Below, one piece after another: positions 29,730-39,428 of a DNA stretch of 64,000 bases. This DNA is from an uncultured Thermoplasmata archaeon (lineage in GTDB: Archaea > Thermoplasmatota > Thermoplasmata > RBG-16-68-12): positions 32,001-96,000 of the forward strand of contig CAVYJM010000017.1 in assembly GCA_963768855.1 (NCBI GenBank). The letters are read 5' to 3'. Each line of letters opens with the position of its first letter. Position 1 is the stretch's first letter. A model generated the notes under the pieces. It did no database searches and was not told the DNA's origin. It worked only from the letters and a program-made list of their open reading frames with translations. A program made the translations under genes and the position numbers.

Positions 29730-29780
29730 CGAGTGGCCTCCCGGTGGGCTAGGAGAACAGTCGGCCACGCGACCCCACGC

Positions 29781-29789
29781 TATATAAAA
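29781..29789 (-). promoter_or_regulatory. TATA box for the pilin-like surface protein gene
   Basis: TTTTATATA on minus strand ~50 bp upstream of ATG. Confidence 0.6.
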
Positions 29790-29858
29790 GCATCGCGGTA
29801 GTTACCGTGCGCTGATAGCAGCGACCATTTCGGGCGAAAGATTTCCATCGGAACGGGG

Positions 29859-30965
29859 GTGCGTGCGCTCGTGATTCTCACGTCGGCGGAACGGGTCTTG
29901 GTCCACCTCCACGGACGGTGGAACGCGAAGGGTCCGAGCCGCGAGATGACGCAGGCCGGCATCGCGGACGGAGCGCACGTCCTGCGGAGCCACGTGCCGC
30001 GGACGCTGAAGCTACTCGCGGAGGAAGGCCTCGTCGAGGCGAGCGAGGCGAGGCTCCTCGGTCGGACGCGCAAGGCGACCGTGTATGCGCTCACGCCGTC
30101 GGGCGTGGCCCGGGCCCGCGAAATCCTCGAGGTCGCCGACGCGCGGACCGTCGAGGTGGACGGACGGAGCACGACGCTTGGAGAGGCCCGGAAGATCCTC
30201 GGGCTGACCCTCGTCGAAGCTCTCGCGTCCGTCGACGCCCGGGGCCGGCTCGCGGGCCACGCCCCGCCCGCGGAGGAGCGGACCCTCCTTCAGAGGGACG
30301 ACGAGCTCGCGTTCCTTCGGCGATGGCGGACCGGCGCGGCCCGGGTCGCCGCCGTATACGGGTCCAAGGGGATGGGGAAGACGGCCCTCGGCCGCGCGTT
30401 CGCGCGGACGGTCGACCGCGCGGCCTGGATGGATCTCCACCCGGAGGACACGCTCGAGAGCTTCGCGGCCGCGGTGGGCGAGGCGACCCACACCGAGGTC
30501 GACGACCCGCGGGATCCGGAGTCTGTGGCGAGGGCGATGGGCGCGGCCTTCGACACGGGGATCAGGCTCATGGTCCTCGACGGCTACGGGGACGTGCCGG
30601 AGGGCATCGTGGACGGGCTGCGCGCCTTCGTGCGCCTCCCGCCACCGGCCGCGGACCGGAAGCTCCTCGTGCTCGCCCAGGAGACGACCCCCGCATACTG
30701 CCGCTTCTACGGCGAGGACGAACGCCGGGCGGGGCTGGTCGTCGAGCGCCACCTCAAGGGGCTCGATCTGGACGGCTGCCGGGAGATGCTGGCGAATCCC
30801 GCCATCCCCGACGAGGACCTCCGCCGCATTTACCTCCTGACGAAGGGGTGTCCGCTGTACCTCCAGTACATCCGCGAGGGGGACGAATACGGCCTGCGGC
30901 AGAGCAGCCGGTTCACGAAGGCCGAGGTGCGGCTCCTCCTGTATTCCGGCGGGTCGGCGCGCTGA
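29859..30965 (+). CDS. Winged-HTH + P-loop NTPase (STAND/archaeal ATPase-like) regulator
   Basis: N-terminal MTQAGIADGAHVLRSHVPRTLKLL HTH; Walker A GSKGMGKT; TKGCPLYL (GxP motif). Confidence 0.8.
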   Translation: MRALVILTSAERVLVHLHGRWNAKGPSREMTQAGIADGAHVLRSHVPRTLKLLAEEGLVEASEARLLGRTRKATVYALTPSGVARAREILEVADARTVEVDGRSTTLGEARKILGLTLVEALASVDARGRLAGHAPPAEERTLLQRDDELAFLRRWRTGAARVAAVYGSKGMGKTALGRAFARTVDRAAWMDLHPEDTLESFAAAVGEATHTEVDDPRDPESVARAMGAAFDTGIRLMVLDGYGDVPEGIVDGLRAFVRLPPPAADRKLLVLAQETTPAYCRFYGEDERRAGLVVERHLKGLDLDGCREMLANPAIPDEDLRRIYLLTKGCPLYLQYIREGDEYGLRQSSRFTKAEVRLLLYSGGSAR

Positions 30966-30974
30966 GGCCCCGGG

Positions 30975-31901
30975 TCAGGACGCGCCCCGGACCACGGGGG
31001 TCGGCACGACCTTTGCCGCGGAGGGCTTCCTCAGTACGTAGAGGACCTGGACGGCCTCCCCGTCCGCGTTCCGCACGGGGACGGCCAGGACGTCGCATGC
31101 GATCGTCAGGCCTTCGCGGGATCGCAGCTGGAGCCGGCGGGGGACCGGGGCGGGAGCCTCCGCGTCGCGTGTCCACGCGACCCCGGCCTCGGCCGAGGAG
31201 ATCGCGAAGAGCTCCTCCGCGCGACGTCCGCGGATCTCCGAGGACTGCCAGCCAAGCAGATTCTCCGCGGCACGATCCATCTCGAGGATCCGCAGGTCCG
31301 GGTCGAGGGCGATCACGCCGTCCGACAGGGAGCGGGCGAGGACCTCGAAGCGACGGCGCTCCAGCTCCAAGGACTCGATCCGGGAGGCACCGTCGAGCGC
31401 GACGGCGACCGAGGTCGCGATCCCCTGGATGACGTTGATTTCCTTCGAGGTGAAGTAGTGGCTCTGCGCCGAATGATCGAGCCACAGGACCCCGAGGACG
31501 CGACCGCGGCAGACGAGGGGCACCAGGAGGGCGGAATGGAGCCCGAGGCGCTTCACGACGGCGGGTGACAGCGTGGCGTCCTTCGAGTCCGGCTTGACGA
31601 GGACGGGGAGATGGAGGACCAGGAGCCGATGGGCGAGGCGCGGCATGTCGGCCTCGGCAATCCGCAGGCCGTCGAAGGGGCTGCCGGGCGCCCCAGGGCC
31701 GAACCAGACCGTCGCGCGGAACTCCCGTGCGTTCTCGTCGAAGCTGAGCACGGCGCACCGGTCCACGCGGACGAGGCTCGGCGCGATGCGGACGACGGAC
31801 TCGAGCATCTCGCGAGTGTCGGTCAGGTCCCCGACCATCTCCGCGATGCCGAGGAGGGCCGCCAGGATCTGGGTCTCTCCGATCTCTTCCGGGAAGGACA
31901 C
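30975..31901 (-). CDS. GAF-PAS sensor protein with no output domain
   Basis: GAF (ALLVPLVCRGRVLGVLWLDH...EINVIQGIA) followed by PAS (SLSDGVIALD..LRILEMDRAAENLLGW). Confidence 0.85.
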   Translation of the reverse strand: MSFPEEIGETQILAALLGIAEMVGDLTDTREMLESVVRIAPSLVRVDRCAVLSFDENAREFRATVWFGPGAPGSPFDGLRIAEADMPRLAHRLLVLHLPVLVKPDSKDATLSPAVVKRLGLHSALLVPLVCRGRVLGVLWLDHSAQSHYFTSKEINVIQGIATSVAVALDGASRIESLELERRRFEVLARSLSDGVIALDPDLRILEMDRAAENLLGWQSSEIRGRRAEELFAISSAEAGVAWTRDAEAPAPVPRRLQLRSREGLTIACDVLAVPVRNADGEAVQVLYVLRKPSAAKVVPTPVVRGAS

Positions 31902-32006
31902 GGTGGGCGGCGAAGGCGAAGTCCGCGGTAAAGAAGGTTTCCGGCTTGTTATCAAGTCGCAGGACGGGCGCGAAACGCCTTTACGCCGGAGGGGCATGGC
32001 CGCCCC

Positions 32007-32168
32007 GTGGAGACGGCCCGCCTCTTCCTGTCCCTCCTCGGGATCATCTTCGCGATCGCGGGCATCCTCGTCGCGTGGACGTTCGACCGGCTCGCGGGCC
32101 TCGCCGTCCTCGTGGTGGGCGCGTTCCTGCTCATCCTGCCGCTGATCACGTATCGCCCGGACGACTGA
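32007..32168 (+). CDS. Small 2-TM protein (53 aa), not in ORF track
   Basis: Manual translation METARLFLSLLGIIFAIAGILVAWTFDRLAGLAVLVVGAFLLILPLITYRPDD; strong GC3 bias. Confidence 0.7.
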   Translation: METARLFLSLLGIIFAIAGILVAWTFDRLAGLAVLVVGAFLLILPLITYRPDD

Positions 32169-32210
32169 GGCAGCCGCACAGTTTATTAGCCTCTCGGGAT
32201 TCGGAGCGGC

Positions 32211-32507
32211 GTGTACCGCGTGTTCCGCATCCCATCCGCCCAGCTCGCCGTGATGGACGCCGTGTACCAGGACAACCTCGCGGGGCGGCAGAGCATCACC
32301 GTGCGCGAGGCGCGCACCCTCGGCCTCAGCGGGGAGGGCAGCCTGGTGCTCGTGGAAGGAAGCAACGAGGGCGTCGCGCGCGCGGAGACCCTCCTGAAGG
32401 ACGCTGCGAAGCCGCTCACGGGCGCGGACGCCGAGACCGCTTATCAGGCCTTCCGCGCGCAGGACGACGAGGCGGCCTCCGGGCTCGGGTTCGTGTTCGG
32501 CGGCTAG
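32211..32507 (+). CDS. Conserved-looking hypothetical protein
   Basis: Clean codon bias, upstream TTTATTA box; ends EAASGLGFVFGG. Confidence 0.75.
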   Translation: MYRVFRIPSAQLAVMDAVYQDNLAGRQSITVREARTLGLSGEGSLVLVEGSNEGVARAETLLKDAAKPLTGADAETAYQAFRAQDDEAASGLGFVFGG

Positions 32508-32510
32508 GAC

Positions 32511-33017
32511 TCAGGCGGGGAGCTCCGGGGACTCCGGGTTGAGCAGGTCCCCTCGGGGCAACGGATCGAGTTCCCGCTCGAGCCACGCCACGAGCCTCGG
32601 GTTCGCGACCCGCGCGTCGACGAAGACGATGAGAGAGCCTCCATGGACCGAGACCTCGTCGTGGAGGTCGGCCAGGACGCGGAGGACCCGCTCGGGACCG
32701 TTGTGGAGGACGAGATAGCCGACGCAGTCGAGGACGACCAGCCCGGAAGCGTCGCCCGCCACGAACCCGGCGACCGAGGTTCGGAGGTCGCCGAGGCGCT
32801 TCGGATCGAGGCCCCCGCTCGTGCCGAGGGTCGTCAGCCGGAGGACCCGGCCTCCATTGGCCGGCGGTTCCATGGCCCGCTCCGTGACCCACAGGTAGGA
32901 GCCGCGAGCCAGTGCGAGCTCATGCAGGAGCGCGACGGTTGCCTCTGCGGGGCCCAGGGCGACGTAGCCGAGCCCCCGCTCTAGCCGCGGGCCGATGTGT
33001 TCTCCCCCCTGATGCAC
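32511..33017 (-). CDS. DUF835 domain protein
   Basis: YLWVT..., GLVVLDCVGYLVLHNGPERVLRVLADLHDEV...LERE pattern. Confidence 0.8.
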   Translation of the reverse strand: MHQGGEHIGPRLERGLGYVALGPAEATVALLHELALARGSYLWVTERAMEPPANGGRVLRLTTLGTSGGLDPKRLGDLRTSVAGFVAGDASGLVVLDCVGYLVLHNGPERVLRVLADLHDEVSVHGGSLIVFVDARVANPRLVAWLERELDPLPRGDLLNPESPELPA

Positions 33018-33096
33018 GGCAAAAGGGCTGAGAGACCATGCGGATGCGGCGACTTAAAGACCGTGGTCGGGCCGCCTTGAGCGCGACCTGGCCGCA

Positions 33097-33357
33097 TCAG
33101 AGGGACTTGATCTTGTCCGCCACGAACGCGCGGATCTCCGCGTCGTCGGGGATGGTCAGGGACCGCTTGAAGCGCTCCGTCTTGTCCGGCAGGTAGTACC
33201 CGCGGGAAACGGAGATGAACTCGTTCGTCCCCTCGGCCGTCGTCGCCCGCTTGCGGGCAATCTCGAGGAAGTTGTTCCGTCCGAAATTGATTTTCTCCGC
33301 CCGAATCGTCTCGAATTTCACGTCCGCGTTGCGTCTTCCTCTGTCTTCTTCTTCCAT
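33097..33357 (-). CDS. Small conserved hypothetical protein (86 aa), possible PUR/PC4-like nucleic-acid binder
   Basis: KFETIRAEKINFGRNNFLEIARKRA...EFISVSRGY; upstream TTTATA. Confidence 0.75.
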   Translation of the reverse strand: MEEEDRGRRNADVKFETIRAEKINFGRNNFLEIARKRATTAEGTNEFISVSRGYYLPDKTERFKRSLTIPDDAEIRAFVADKIKSL

Positions 33358-33553
33358 TTCAGGTCCTCCGTGACCGAGGGCGCCCCGCCCGCGCGCGGGG
33401 AGGACGCGCGGAACGGTCGTATGAAATATAAACGTTCCCGGTCGTGCTCCGAGCGACGAGAATCGAAGCCCGCGGCCCCGGCGCGCGGCGCGAGTCCGGA
33501 TCCGAACGAATAGCCAATCCGTTAAATAGGGCCTTCCCATCGTATCGTCGCTC

Positions 33554-35635
33554 ATGGTCTGCCCCCGCTGCGGAGCGGCTTTTGACGGCAACTTCTGCCC
33601 GCGGTGCGGCACCCCGGCCGTGGCGCCGCCCTCTCCGCCCGCTCCGGCGTTCGGCGGTCCGTGCCCGCGGTGCGGCACGGTCTTCCAAGGCAACTACTGC
33701 CCCCGATGCGGCCTGCCCGCCGCGAGGAGCCCGTACCCGGCACCGATGATCCTGCGATCCCAGCCCGACGGGGTGCGCTCGACCCTCTCCGTCCTCTGGC
33801 TCCTCTCCCTCATCCTGTTCTTCATCTTCATCGCCCTGAACTTCGCCGGCCTGGTGCTGAGCCCCGCATACATCGTCCCCGGGATCCAAGGCATCGCGCC
33901 CGGGCAGAACGCGAACCAGGACCTGGCCTCGGGCACCGCGAACTGGACGTTCCAGGCCCTGGGGGCTCCGGGGGCCACGGGCACGTACAACGCGACCGGA
34001 GGGAACCCGGACGGCGCCCTCGAGATGAGCCTGCCCGCAGGCTCCGGGATCGGCGGGGAGTGGGTCCAACCAGTCCAGCTCCTCGGATCCGCGCCGTGGC
34101 TTGCGGAAGTCTACCTCGACTACCGCGTCGAGGCGCCGCCGTCGCTTAGCGGCCGGATCGTGGTGTCCGTTGAGCCGACGAGCTCCGGACTCGACCTGAA
34201 CCAGGCGGCCGCCGTGCTGTGGGTCAATGGGAGCTCCGCGTGGACGTCGACCGACCGGTTCGACGTGAGCGGCTCCATCAACGAATCCGGCACGTACTAC
34301 CTGAAGGTGGCCTACCTGGCCGCCTCCAGCAGCGGGACCACCATCGTGCAGTTTGACAACGTGCACATGGGTTGGACCACGGACGCCGCGGTGGTCCTCT
34401 ACCTCCCCCTGCCGCTGCCCGTCCTCCTCTTCGCCTGGCAGGACCAGGCCGGGTTCCTCGCATACTACGCGTTCATCGTCGTGGCGATCCTGGCCTCGGG
34501 CGCCTGGTACACGTGGCGGGACCGGAAGCTCACGAAGCAGGCGTTCACCGCGCCCCTCTACGCGATCGGCACGCGGCTGAGGAGCATGTCCGGCTGGGTC
34601 GCCGTCGCGCAGGTGTGGCTCGCGACCATCTTCTTCCAGTACGCCCTGATCGTGATCCTCGAGCTCGTGGGCGCTCCGCCCTCCTCGCCCTTCATCCCGA
34701 CGCCGACGAACGCCTGGGTCCTGCTCTTCGACTATTCGTCCGCATCGGTCTTCGAGGAAATTGCCTTCCGCGCCTTCCTGATCGGCATCCCCATGGCCGT
34801 GGCGGCCCTCGCCCTCGGCTGGGCTCGCCCGCGGAACACGCCCTCCCCGGGCACCCCCGGCGCGCCTCGGAGGAACGTCCTCGGCGGGCTCCGGTATCTC
34901 TGGGGCGGACAGCTGCGGAAGGAGTCGCCCCGCGAGGCGCAGCTCCTCGCCTGGACCCTCGTCTTCGTGAGCGCGTTCCTGTTCGGCCTCGCGCACGCTC
35001 CGGGCTGGGGATGGTGGAAGGTGCTCCCCGCGTTCGTCGTCGGGCTCGGCATGGGCTACGCGTTCGTCCGGCACGGGCTCGGTGCCGCGATCCTCGTTCA
35101 CTTCGCCACGGATGGCTCCCTCGCGCTTTCCCTCGAGGGGGTCGGCGGATTCGGAGTCGCCCTCCTCTCCGACCTGCTCTTCCTGGGCCTCGCGATCGCG
35201 GGCTCGGGCTTCTTCGCCTGGTACATCCTGTACGGCTGGCAGGAGCTCCGGGACCTCCGTGCGCGGTTCTCATCCCGCGTCGTCCGCCAGCCGGTCGGTG
35301 GGGGACCGGGTCCGGGAAGCCCGCCGCCCGGATGGGCATATCCTCCCGGAGGAGCGAGCGTCTCCTACTCGGTCCCGCCCACGACCCCCGTCCCGCCCCC
35401 GGGGCCGCCGCCTCCCGGCAGCTACGCGCCGCCCGCCCCGGGATGGCCGCCACCGCCCCCGGTCGTCGCGGCGTCCCGCAACCCGAACCGGCTCCCGCAG
35501 GGCTACGCCCCGACGTATCATCCGGCGCCGTACGGGTACCCGCCCGTGCGGTTCCAGTGCCCCGCCTGCGGCTGGGTCGAGGCGAAGTATGAGAACCGCC
35601 GCTTCACGTGCCTTCGGTGTGGCCGGACGGCTTGA
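33554..35635 (+). CDS. CPBP (Abi/CAAX) intramembrane glutamic endopeptidase with double Zn ribbon, extracellular domain, Pro-rich tail and C-terminal Zn ribbon
   Basis: EEIAFR, FGLAH, ILVHFATD motifs; CPRC x4 at N-terminus; CPACG..CLRC at C-terminus. Confidence 0.88.
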   Translation: MVCPRCGAAFDGNFCPRCGTPAVAPPSPPAPAFGGPCPRCGTVFQGNYCPRCGLPAARSPYPAPMILRSQPDGVRSTLSVLWLLSLILFFIFIALNFAGLVLSPAYIVPGIQGIAPGQNANQDLASGTANWTFQALGAPGATGTYNATGGNPDGALEMSLPAGSGIGGEWVQPVQLLGSAPWLAEVYLDYRVEAPPSLSGRIVVSVEPTSSGLDLNQAAAVLWVNGSSAWTSTDRFDVSGSINESGTYYLKVAYLAASSSGTTIVQFDNVHMGWTTDAAVVLYLPLPLPVLLFAWQDQAGFLAYYAFIVVAILASGAWYTWRDRKLTKQAFTAPLYAIGTRLRSMSGWVAVAQVWLATIFFQYALIVILELVGAPPSSPFIPTPTNAWVLLFDYSSASVFEEIAFRAFLIGIPMAVAALALGWARPRNTPSPGTPGAPRRNVLGGLRYLWGGQLRKESPREAQLLAWTLVFVSAFLFGLAHAPGWGWWKVLPAFVVGLGMGYAFVRHGLGAAILVHFATDGSLALSLEGVGGFGVALLSDLLFLGLAIAGSGFFAWYILYGWQELRDLRARFSSRVVRQPVGGGPGPGSPPPGWAYPPGGASVSYSVPPTTPVPPPGPPPPGSYAPPAPGWPPPPPVVAASRNPNRLPQGYAPTYHPAPYGYPPVRFQCPACGWVEAKYENRRFTCLRCGRTA

Positions 35636-36008
35636 CGGGCGGATGGACCGTGCTCTCCGCGACGTCATCGAGGACCGCGGTGAGGTCGTCCGACTCGATC
35701 TCGACTTCGATGTCCCCCAGGGGGGACCCCGCGGCGAAGTTGACCACACCCATGAACGCGGCCTGTTTGCTGAGCGCGACCCGCGTCCGCTCCCGGAACC
35801 GCCCCGCGAAGAACTGGCCGCGCGCCGTGTCCCGAATCCTCTGGTTGCGGATGAGTTCGCGGAGTTTCTCCAGGGAGGCGGTCGTCCCGACGACGCGATC
35901 GTCCTCGCGCTCGAACACGAGATCCGGGAAGAGCCGAAGGAGCGCGAGCTCCACCTTCGCGACGCTCTCCGTCGGATGGCAGGCCGCCTCGACGCGGACG
36001 CGCAGCAC
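35604..36008 (-). CDS. UPF0201/COG1931 RNA-binding-domain protein
   Basis: HPTES..KV..AL, IRNQRIRDTAR, LSKQAAFMG.VNF, LGDIEVEI. Confidence 0.85.
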   Translation of the reverse strand: MLRVRVEAACHPTESVAKVELALLRLFPDLVFEREDDRVVGTTASLEKLRELIRNQRIRDTARGQFFAGRFRERTRVALSKQAAFMGVVNFAAGSPLGDIEVEIESDDLTAVLDDVAESTVHPPVKPSGHTEGT

Positions 36009-36090
36009 GCATCCCCATTCGCCGCATCGGCTATAATTTTCGTGACGGGTCAGCGGTTCGCGACGAACGTTATTTATCCGAGCCGACCTA

Positions 36091-37608
36091 ATGGGCAGGC
36101 GGATGCGGGAAGAGCTTTTGGCGCTCGTGAGCAGGCGAGGCACGTTGCTCGAGCCCGCCGCCGTGGAGTACCTCCTGACCCAGGAGGACCCGATGGGGCC
36201 GCTCGACCGGTTCCTGGCCTCCTGCCGTGAGGTCCCGTTCGTCGTCACCCTCCACGATGTCGTCCAGGCGGCCGAAATCGGTCGGAGCGCGGCGGTCCGC
36301 ACGAGGCCCGTCGAGGCCCTCCGCGCCTCGCCCCCGCCTTCGCTGACCGCCCTCGTGTCGCGCGTCCCGCCTCCGGCCTCCTTCCGGCGCGAGAGCGAGG
36401 CGGCCGCCGATCATGCGCCGGACGTGACGATCCTTCGCGACATCACGGGACGGTCCACGTGCGAGGGCACCATCGAGGACTTCACCCGGTACTTCCGCAA
36501 TCGCTTCGAGACCCTGACCCGCATGCTCCGCAGCCGTCGGGAGCTCGGAGGCGCCCAGGACATCTCGAGGGCGCGCCGCTCGACGCGCGAGGTGCGCTTC
36601 CTCGGGATGATCTCCGACATCCGCCCGACGAAGAGCGGCCACCGGATCCTGGAGCTCGAGGACGCCACGGACCGGATCTCCGCGCTCGTGCTCTCGAACT
36701 CTCCGCCCGCGGCGGAGACCTTCGTCATGGACGAGGTCGTCGGGGTCGTGGGCAAGGTGAACGACCGCGGCCTCGTCATCGCGGAATCGATCGTCCGCCC
36801 GGATGTGCCGGTCGCGAAGACGTTCCCCGGGATCGGCGAGCACCTCCGGGCCGCCTTCGTCTCCGACATCCACGTGGGCAGCACGACGTTCCTGGACGAG
36901 AAGTGGTCCAAGATGGCGGCCTGGCTCTCCAGCGACGACGAGATCGCCCGCTCCCTTCGATACCTTGTCGTGAGCGGGGACGTCGTGGACGGCATCGGCG
37001 TGTACCCGCGGCAGGACGAGGAACTCTCCATCGACGACATCTACGCCCAGTACGAGGCGCTCGCCCGGATGATGGCCGCGCTCCCGGACCACCTGACCGC
37101 CGTCATGATCCCCGGGAACCACGACGCCGTCCGGCCCGCGGAGCCCCAGCCGGCCCTGCCCGCGCCGATCCAGAAGCTCTTCGACTCGAACCTCATCTTC
37201 GCGGGGAACCCGAGCGTCGTGAGCCTCCACGGCATCAAGGTCCTCGCCTACCACGGGCGGTCTATGGATGACTTCGTGTCGACGATCCCCGGGATGAACT
37301 ACCATCGACCCCTCGACATGATGAAGGACATGCTCAAGATGCGCCATCTCGCCCCGATCTACGGCGGCAAGACGCCCATCGCCCCCGAGGCGGAGGACCA
37401 TCTCATCATCGACCCGGTGCCGGACATCTTCGCGACCGGGCACGTGCACAGCGTCGGGGTCGACACGTACCGCGGCGTCGTGCTCGTGAACTCCTCGACG
37501 TGGCAGGCGCAGACCCCGTACCAGAAAATGCGGAACATCGAGCCGCTGCCCGCGCGGCTCCCGATCGTCGATTTGGCGACGGGGCAGGCCGTCATCAAGG
37601 AATTCTGA
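36091..37608 (+). CDS. polD1: DNA polymerase D small (proofreading) subunit DP1
   Basis: OB fold then phosphoesterase motifs SDIHVGS, GDVVDGIGVYP, PGNHDAVR, YHGRS, GHVH. Confidence 0.96.
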   Translation: MGRRMREELLALVSRRGTLLEPAAVEYLLTQEDPMGPLDRFLASCREVPFVVTLHDVVQAAEIGRSAAVRTRPVEALRASPPPSLTALVSRVPPPASFRRESEAAADHAPDVTILRDITGRSTCEGTIEDFTRYFRNRFETLTRMLRSRRELGGAQDISRARRSTREVRFLGMISDIRPTKSGHRILELEDATDRISALVLSNSPPAAETFVMDEVVGVVGKVNDRGLVIAESIVRPDVPVAKTFPGIGEHLRAAFVSDIHVGSTTFLDEKWSKMAAWLSSDDEIARSLRYLVVSGDVVDGIGVYPRQDEELSIDDIYAQYEALARMMAALPDHLTAVMIPGNHDAVRPAEPQPALPAPIQKLFDSNLIFAGNPSVVSLHGIKVLAYHGRSMDDFVSTIPGMNYHRPLDMMKDMLKMRHLAPIYGGKTPIAPEAEDHLIIDPVPDIFATGHVHSVGVDTYRGVVLVNSSTWQAQTPYQKMRNIEPLPARLPIVDLATGQAVIKEF

Positions 37609-37638
37609 GGCTCGGGAAGGTTCATCGCCCGCGCCGCC

Positions 37639-38367
37639 ATGCGACGCCCGATGCGGATCGCGGCGGTCGGGGACATCCACGGCCACGAGAACCTGGACGC
37701 CCTTCGCCGCGACCTGGAAGGACTGGCTCCTGTCGACCTGCTCCTCCTGGCGGGCGACACGACGGAGAGGAACGACCTCGAGGCATTCGGCGAGGCCCTC
37801 GAGGCCATCCGCGCCCGGGTCGAGGCACCGATCTGGGCCGTGTTCGGGAACAACGAATACGACCATGACCACCCGACCTACGTGGCGCGGTACGCGGCCC
37901 GCCACCGCGTGCGCTTCCTCGAGGACGAATCGGCGGTCTTCGTCTCCGGGGGAAAGGAGGTCCGCATCGTCGGGAGTCGCGGCAGCCTGGACCGGCCGAC
38001 CTACTGGCAGAGGAAGAACCTCCCGCATCTCGACGGGGAGTACCGGAGGCGGGTCGAGACCCTCGATCGCCTCCTGGCGGGCGAGGGATTCCGGATCCTC
38101 CTGACGCACTACCCGCCCACGTACGCCACGATGGGGGGCGAGAAGGAGGCCTGGCGCCCCGAGCTCGGATGCAGGGCCCTGGAGCCCGTGCTCCTCCGTC
38201 GGCGGCCGACCCTGGTCGTCCACGGGCACATCCACAAGGGAATCCCGTACGCGGAGCTCCGGCCCCCGGGGCGCACCCTCGAGGCGTACTCGGACCCTGC
38301 CGCCCCCATCCCCGTCCACAACGTGGCCTATCCGGTCCGGAAGTCGATCACCGTGCTCGAGCTCTAG
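37639..38367 (+). CDS. Metallophosphoesterase (calcineurin-like)
   Basis: GDIHG, AGD, GNNE, THYPP, HGHIH. Confidence 0.9.
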   Translation: MRRPMRIAAVGDIHGHENLDALRRDLEGLAPVDLLLLAGDTTERNDLEAFGEALEAIRARVEAPIWAVFGNNEYDHDHPTYVARYAARHRVRFLEDESAVFVSGGKEVRIVGSRGSLDRPTYWQRKNLPHLDGEYRRRVETLDRLLAGEGFRILLTHYPPTYATMGGEKEAWRPELGCRALEPVLLRRRPTLVVHGHIHKGIPYAELRPPGRTLEAYSDPAAPIPVHNVAYPVRKSITVLEL

Positions 38368-38417
38368 CCTCGTCCCACACGACCTTTATACGAGGGAGGG
38401 TGTTGGGGCGCGCACCC

Positions 38418-39428
38418 ATGGCGCCGGACCGCCCGTCCCCGAAGAAACCCCGGAAGCCCGGGGCGAAGGGCAAGGAGAAGGAAGACGGGTGGAAGTCCTG
38501 GGTGCGGGACCTGGGGATCGCCGCGCTGATCATGGTGGTGATCCTCGCGGGGATCTACGCGTACACCCAGGTGTGGCCCCCGCTCGTCGTGGTCGAGAGC
38601 TCCTCGATGCAGCACAGCGGCACGACGTCCTACATCGGCACGATCGACACGGGAGACCTCGTGTTCGTGCAGGCCGCCCCGACCCGCGCGGACGTGATCA
38701 CCTACCTCCAGGGACGGGCGAGCGGCTACTCGACGTACGGCGACTACGGGGACGTGATCATCTTCCGGCTGTACTACCGCCCCGGGGAGACGCCGATCAT
38801 CCACCGCGCGATCATGTACGTGATCCCGAACGGCTCCTACGTGGATGTCCCGGACCTGAGCCTCCTCCCTCCGGCGGAGTGGGAAGGGAGGGCGGCGGGC
38901 GGGGTGCCGACGCACGTGCCGTACGGACTGGAGTCCGTCTGGGTCAACCACATGGGGTTCGACCACAACCTGAACATCAGCTTCGACTTCACGGACCAGA
39001 GCCTCCGCGGCGTCCTCGGTCGGGGACCCGGGTACCTCACGATGGGCGACCACAACGCGCCCGGGTACGACAAGACGTGGTTCCCGACGCAGGGGGACAT
39101 CATCGGCCATGCGCGCGGGGAGATCCCGTGGTTCGGTCTCATCAAGCTCCTCCTCACGCCGACCGGGAATTGCGCCCAACGCTGGGGCGACCCCTGTGCG
39201 CCGCAGAACAGCTGGGACAGCCTCGCGCTCGGCCTCGTGTTCCTCGTCGCGCTCCCGTTCATCCTGGAGGCGGTCGGCTGGGCCTGGGGCAAGTATGCCT
39301 GGCCGAGGATCCGGCCCCTGCTCCGACGGAAGCGGGATTCCGAAGGCAAGGAGGCCGAGGTGCCGCCCACGTCCCCGGAGGACGAGAAGCCCGCGGACGA
39401 GCCTAGAGAAGGGTCGTCTGGACCTTGA
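38418..39428 (+). CDS. Archaeal signal peptidase I (S26, Sec11-type)
   Basis: VVVESSSMQH, TGDLV, PIIHRA, TMGDHN; flanking TM helices. Confidence 0.9.
   Translation: MAPDRPSPKKPRKPGAKGKEKEDGWKSWVRDLGIAALIMVVILAGIYAYTQVWPPLVVVESSSMQHSGTTSYIGTIDTGDLVFVQAAPTRADVITYLQGRASGYSTYGDYGDVIIFRLYYRPGETPIIHRAIMYVIPNGSYVDVPDLSLLPPAEWEGRAAGGVPTHVPYGLESVWVNHMGFDHNLNISFDFTDQSLRGVLGRGPGYLTMGDHNAPGYDKTWFPTQGDIIGHARGEIPWFGLIKLLLTPTGNCAQRWGDPCAPQNSWDSLALGLVFLVALPFILEAVGWAWGKYAWPRIRPLLRRKRDSEGKEAEVPPTSPEDEKPADEPREGSSGP

Noticed and set aside
35280-35530. Pro-rich low-complexity stretch
   Set aside because: It is the coding disordered tail of the CPBP protease, not a DNA repeat element.
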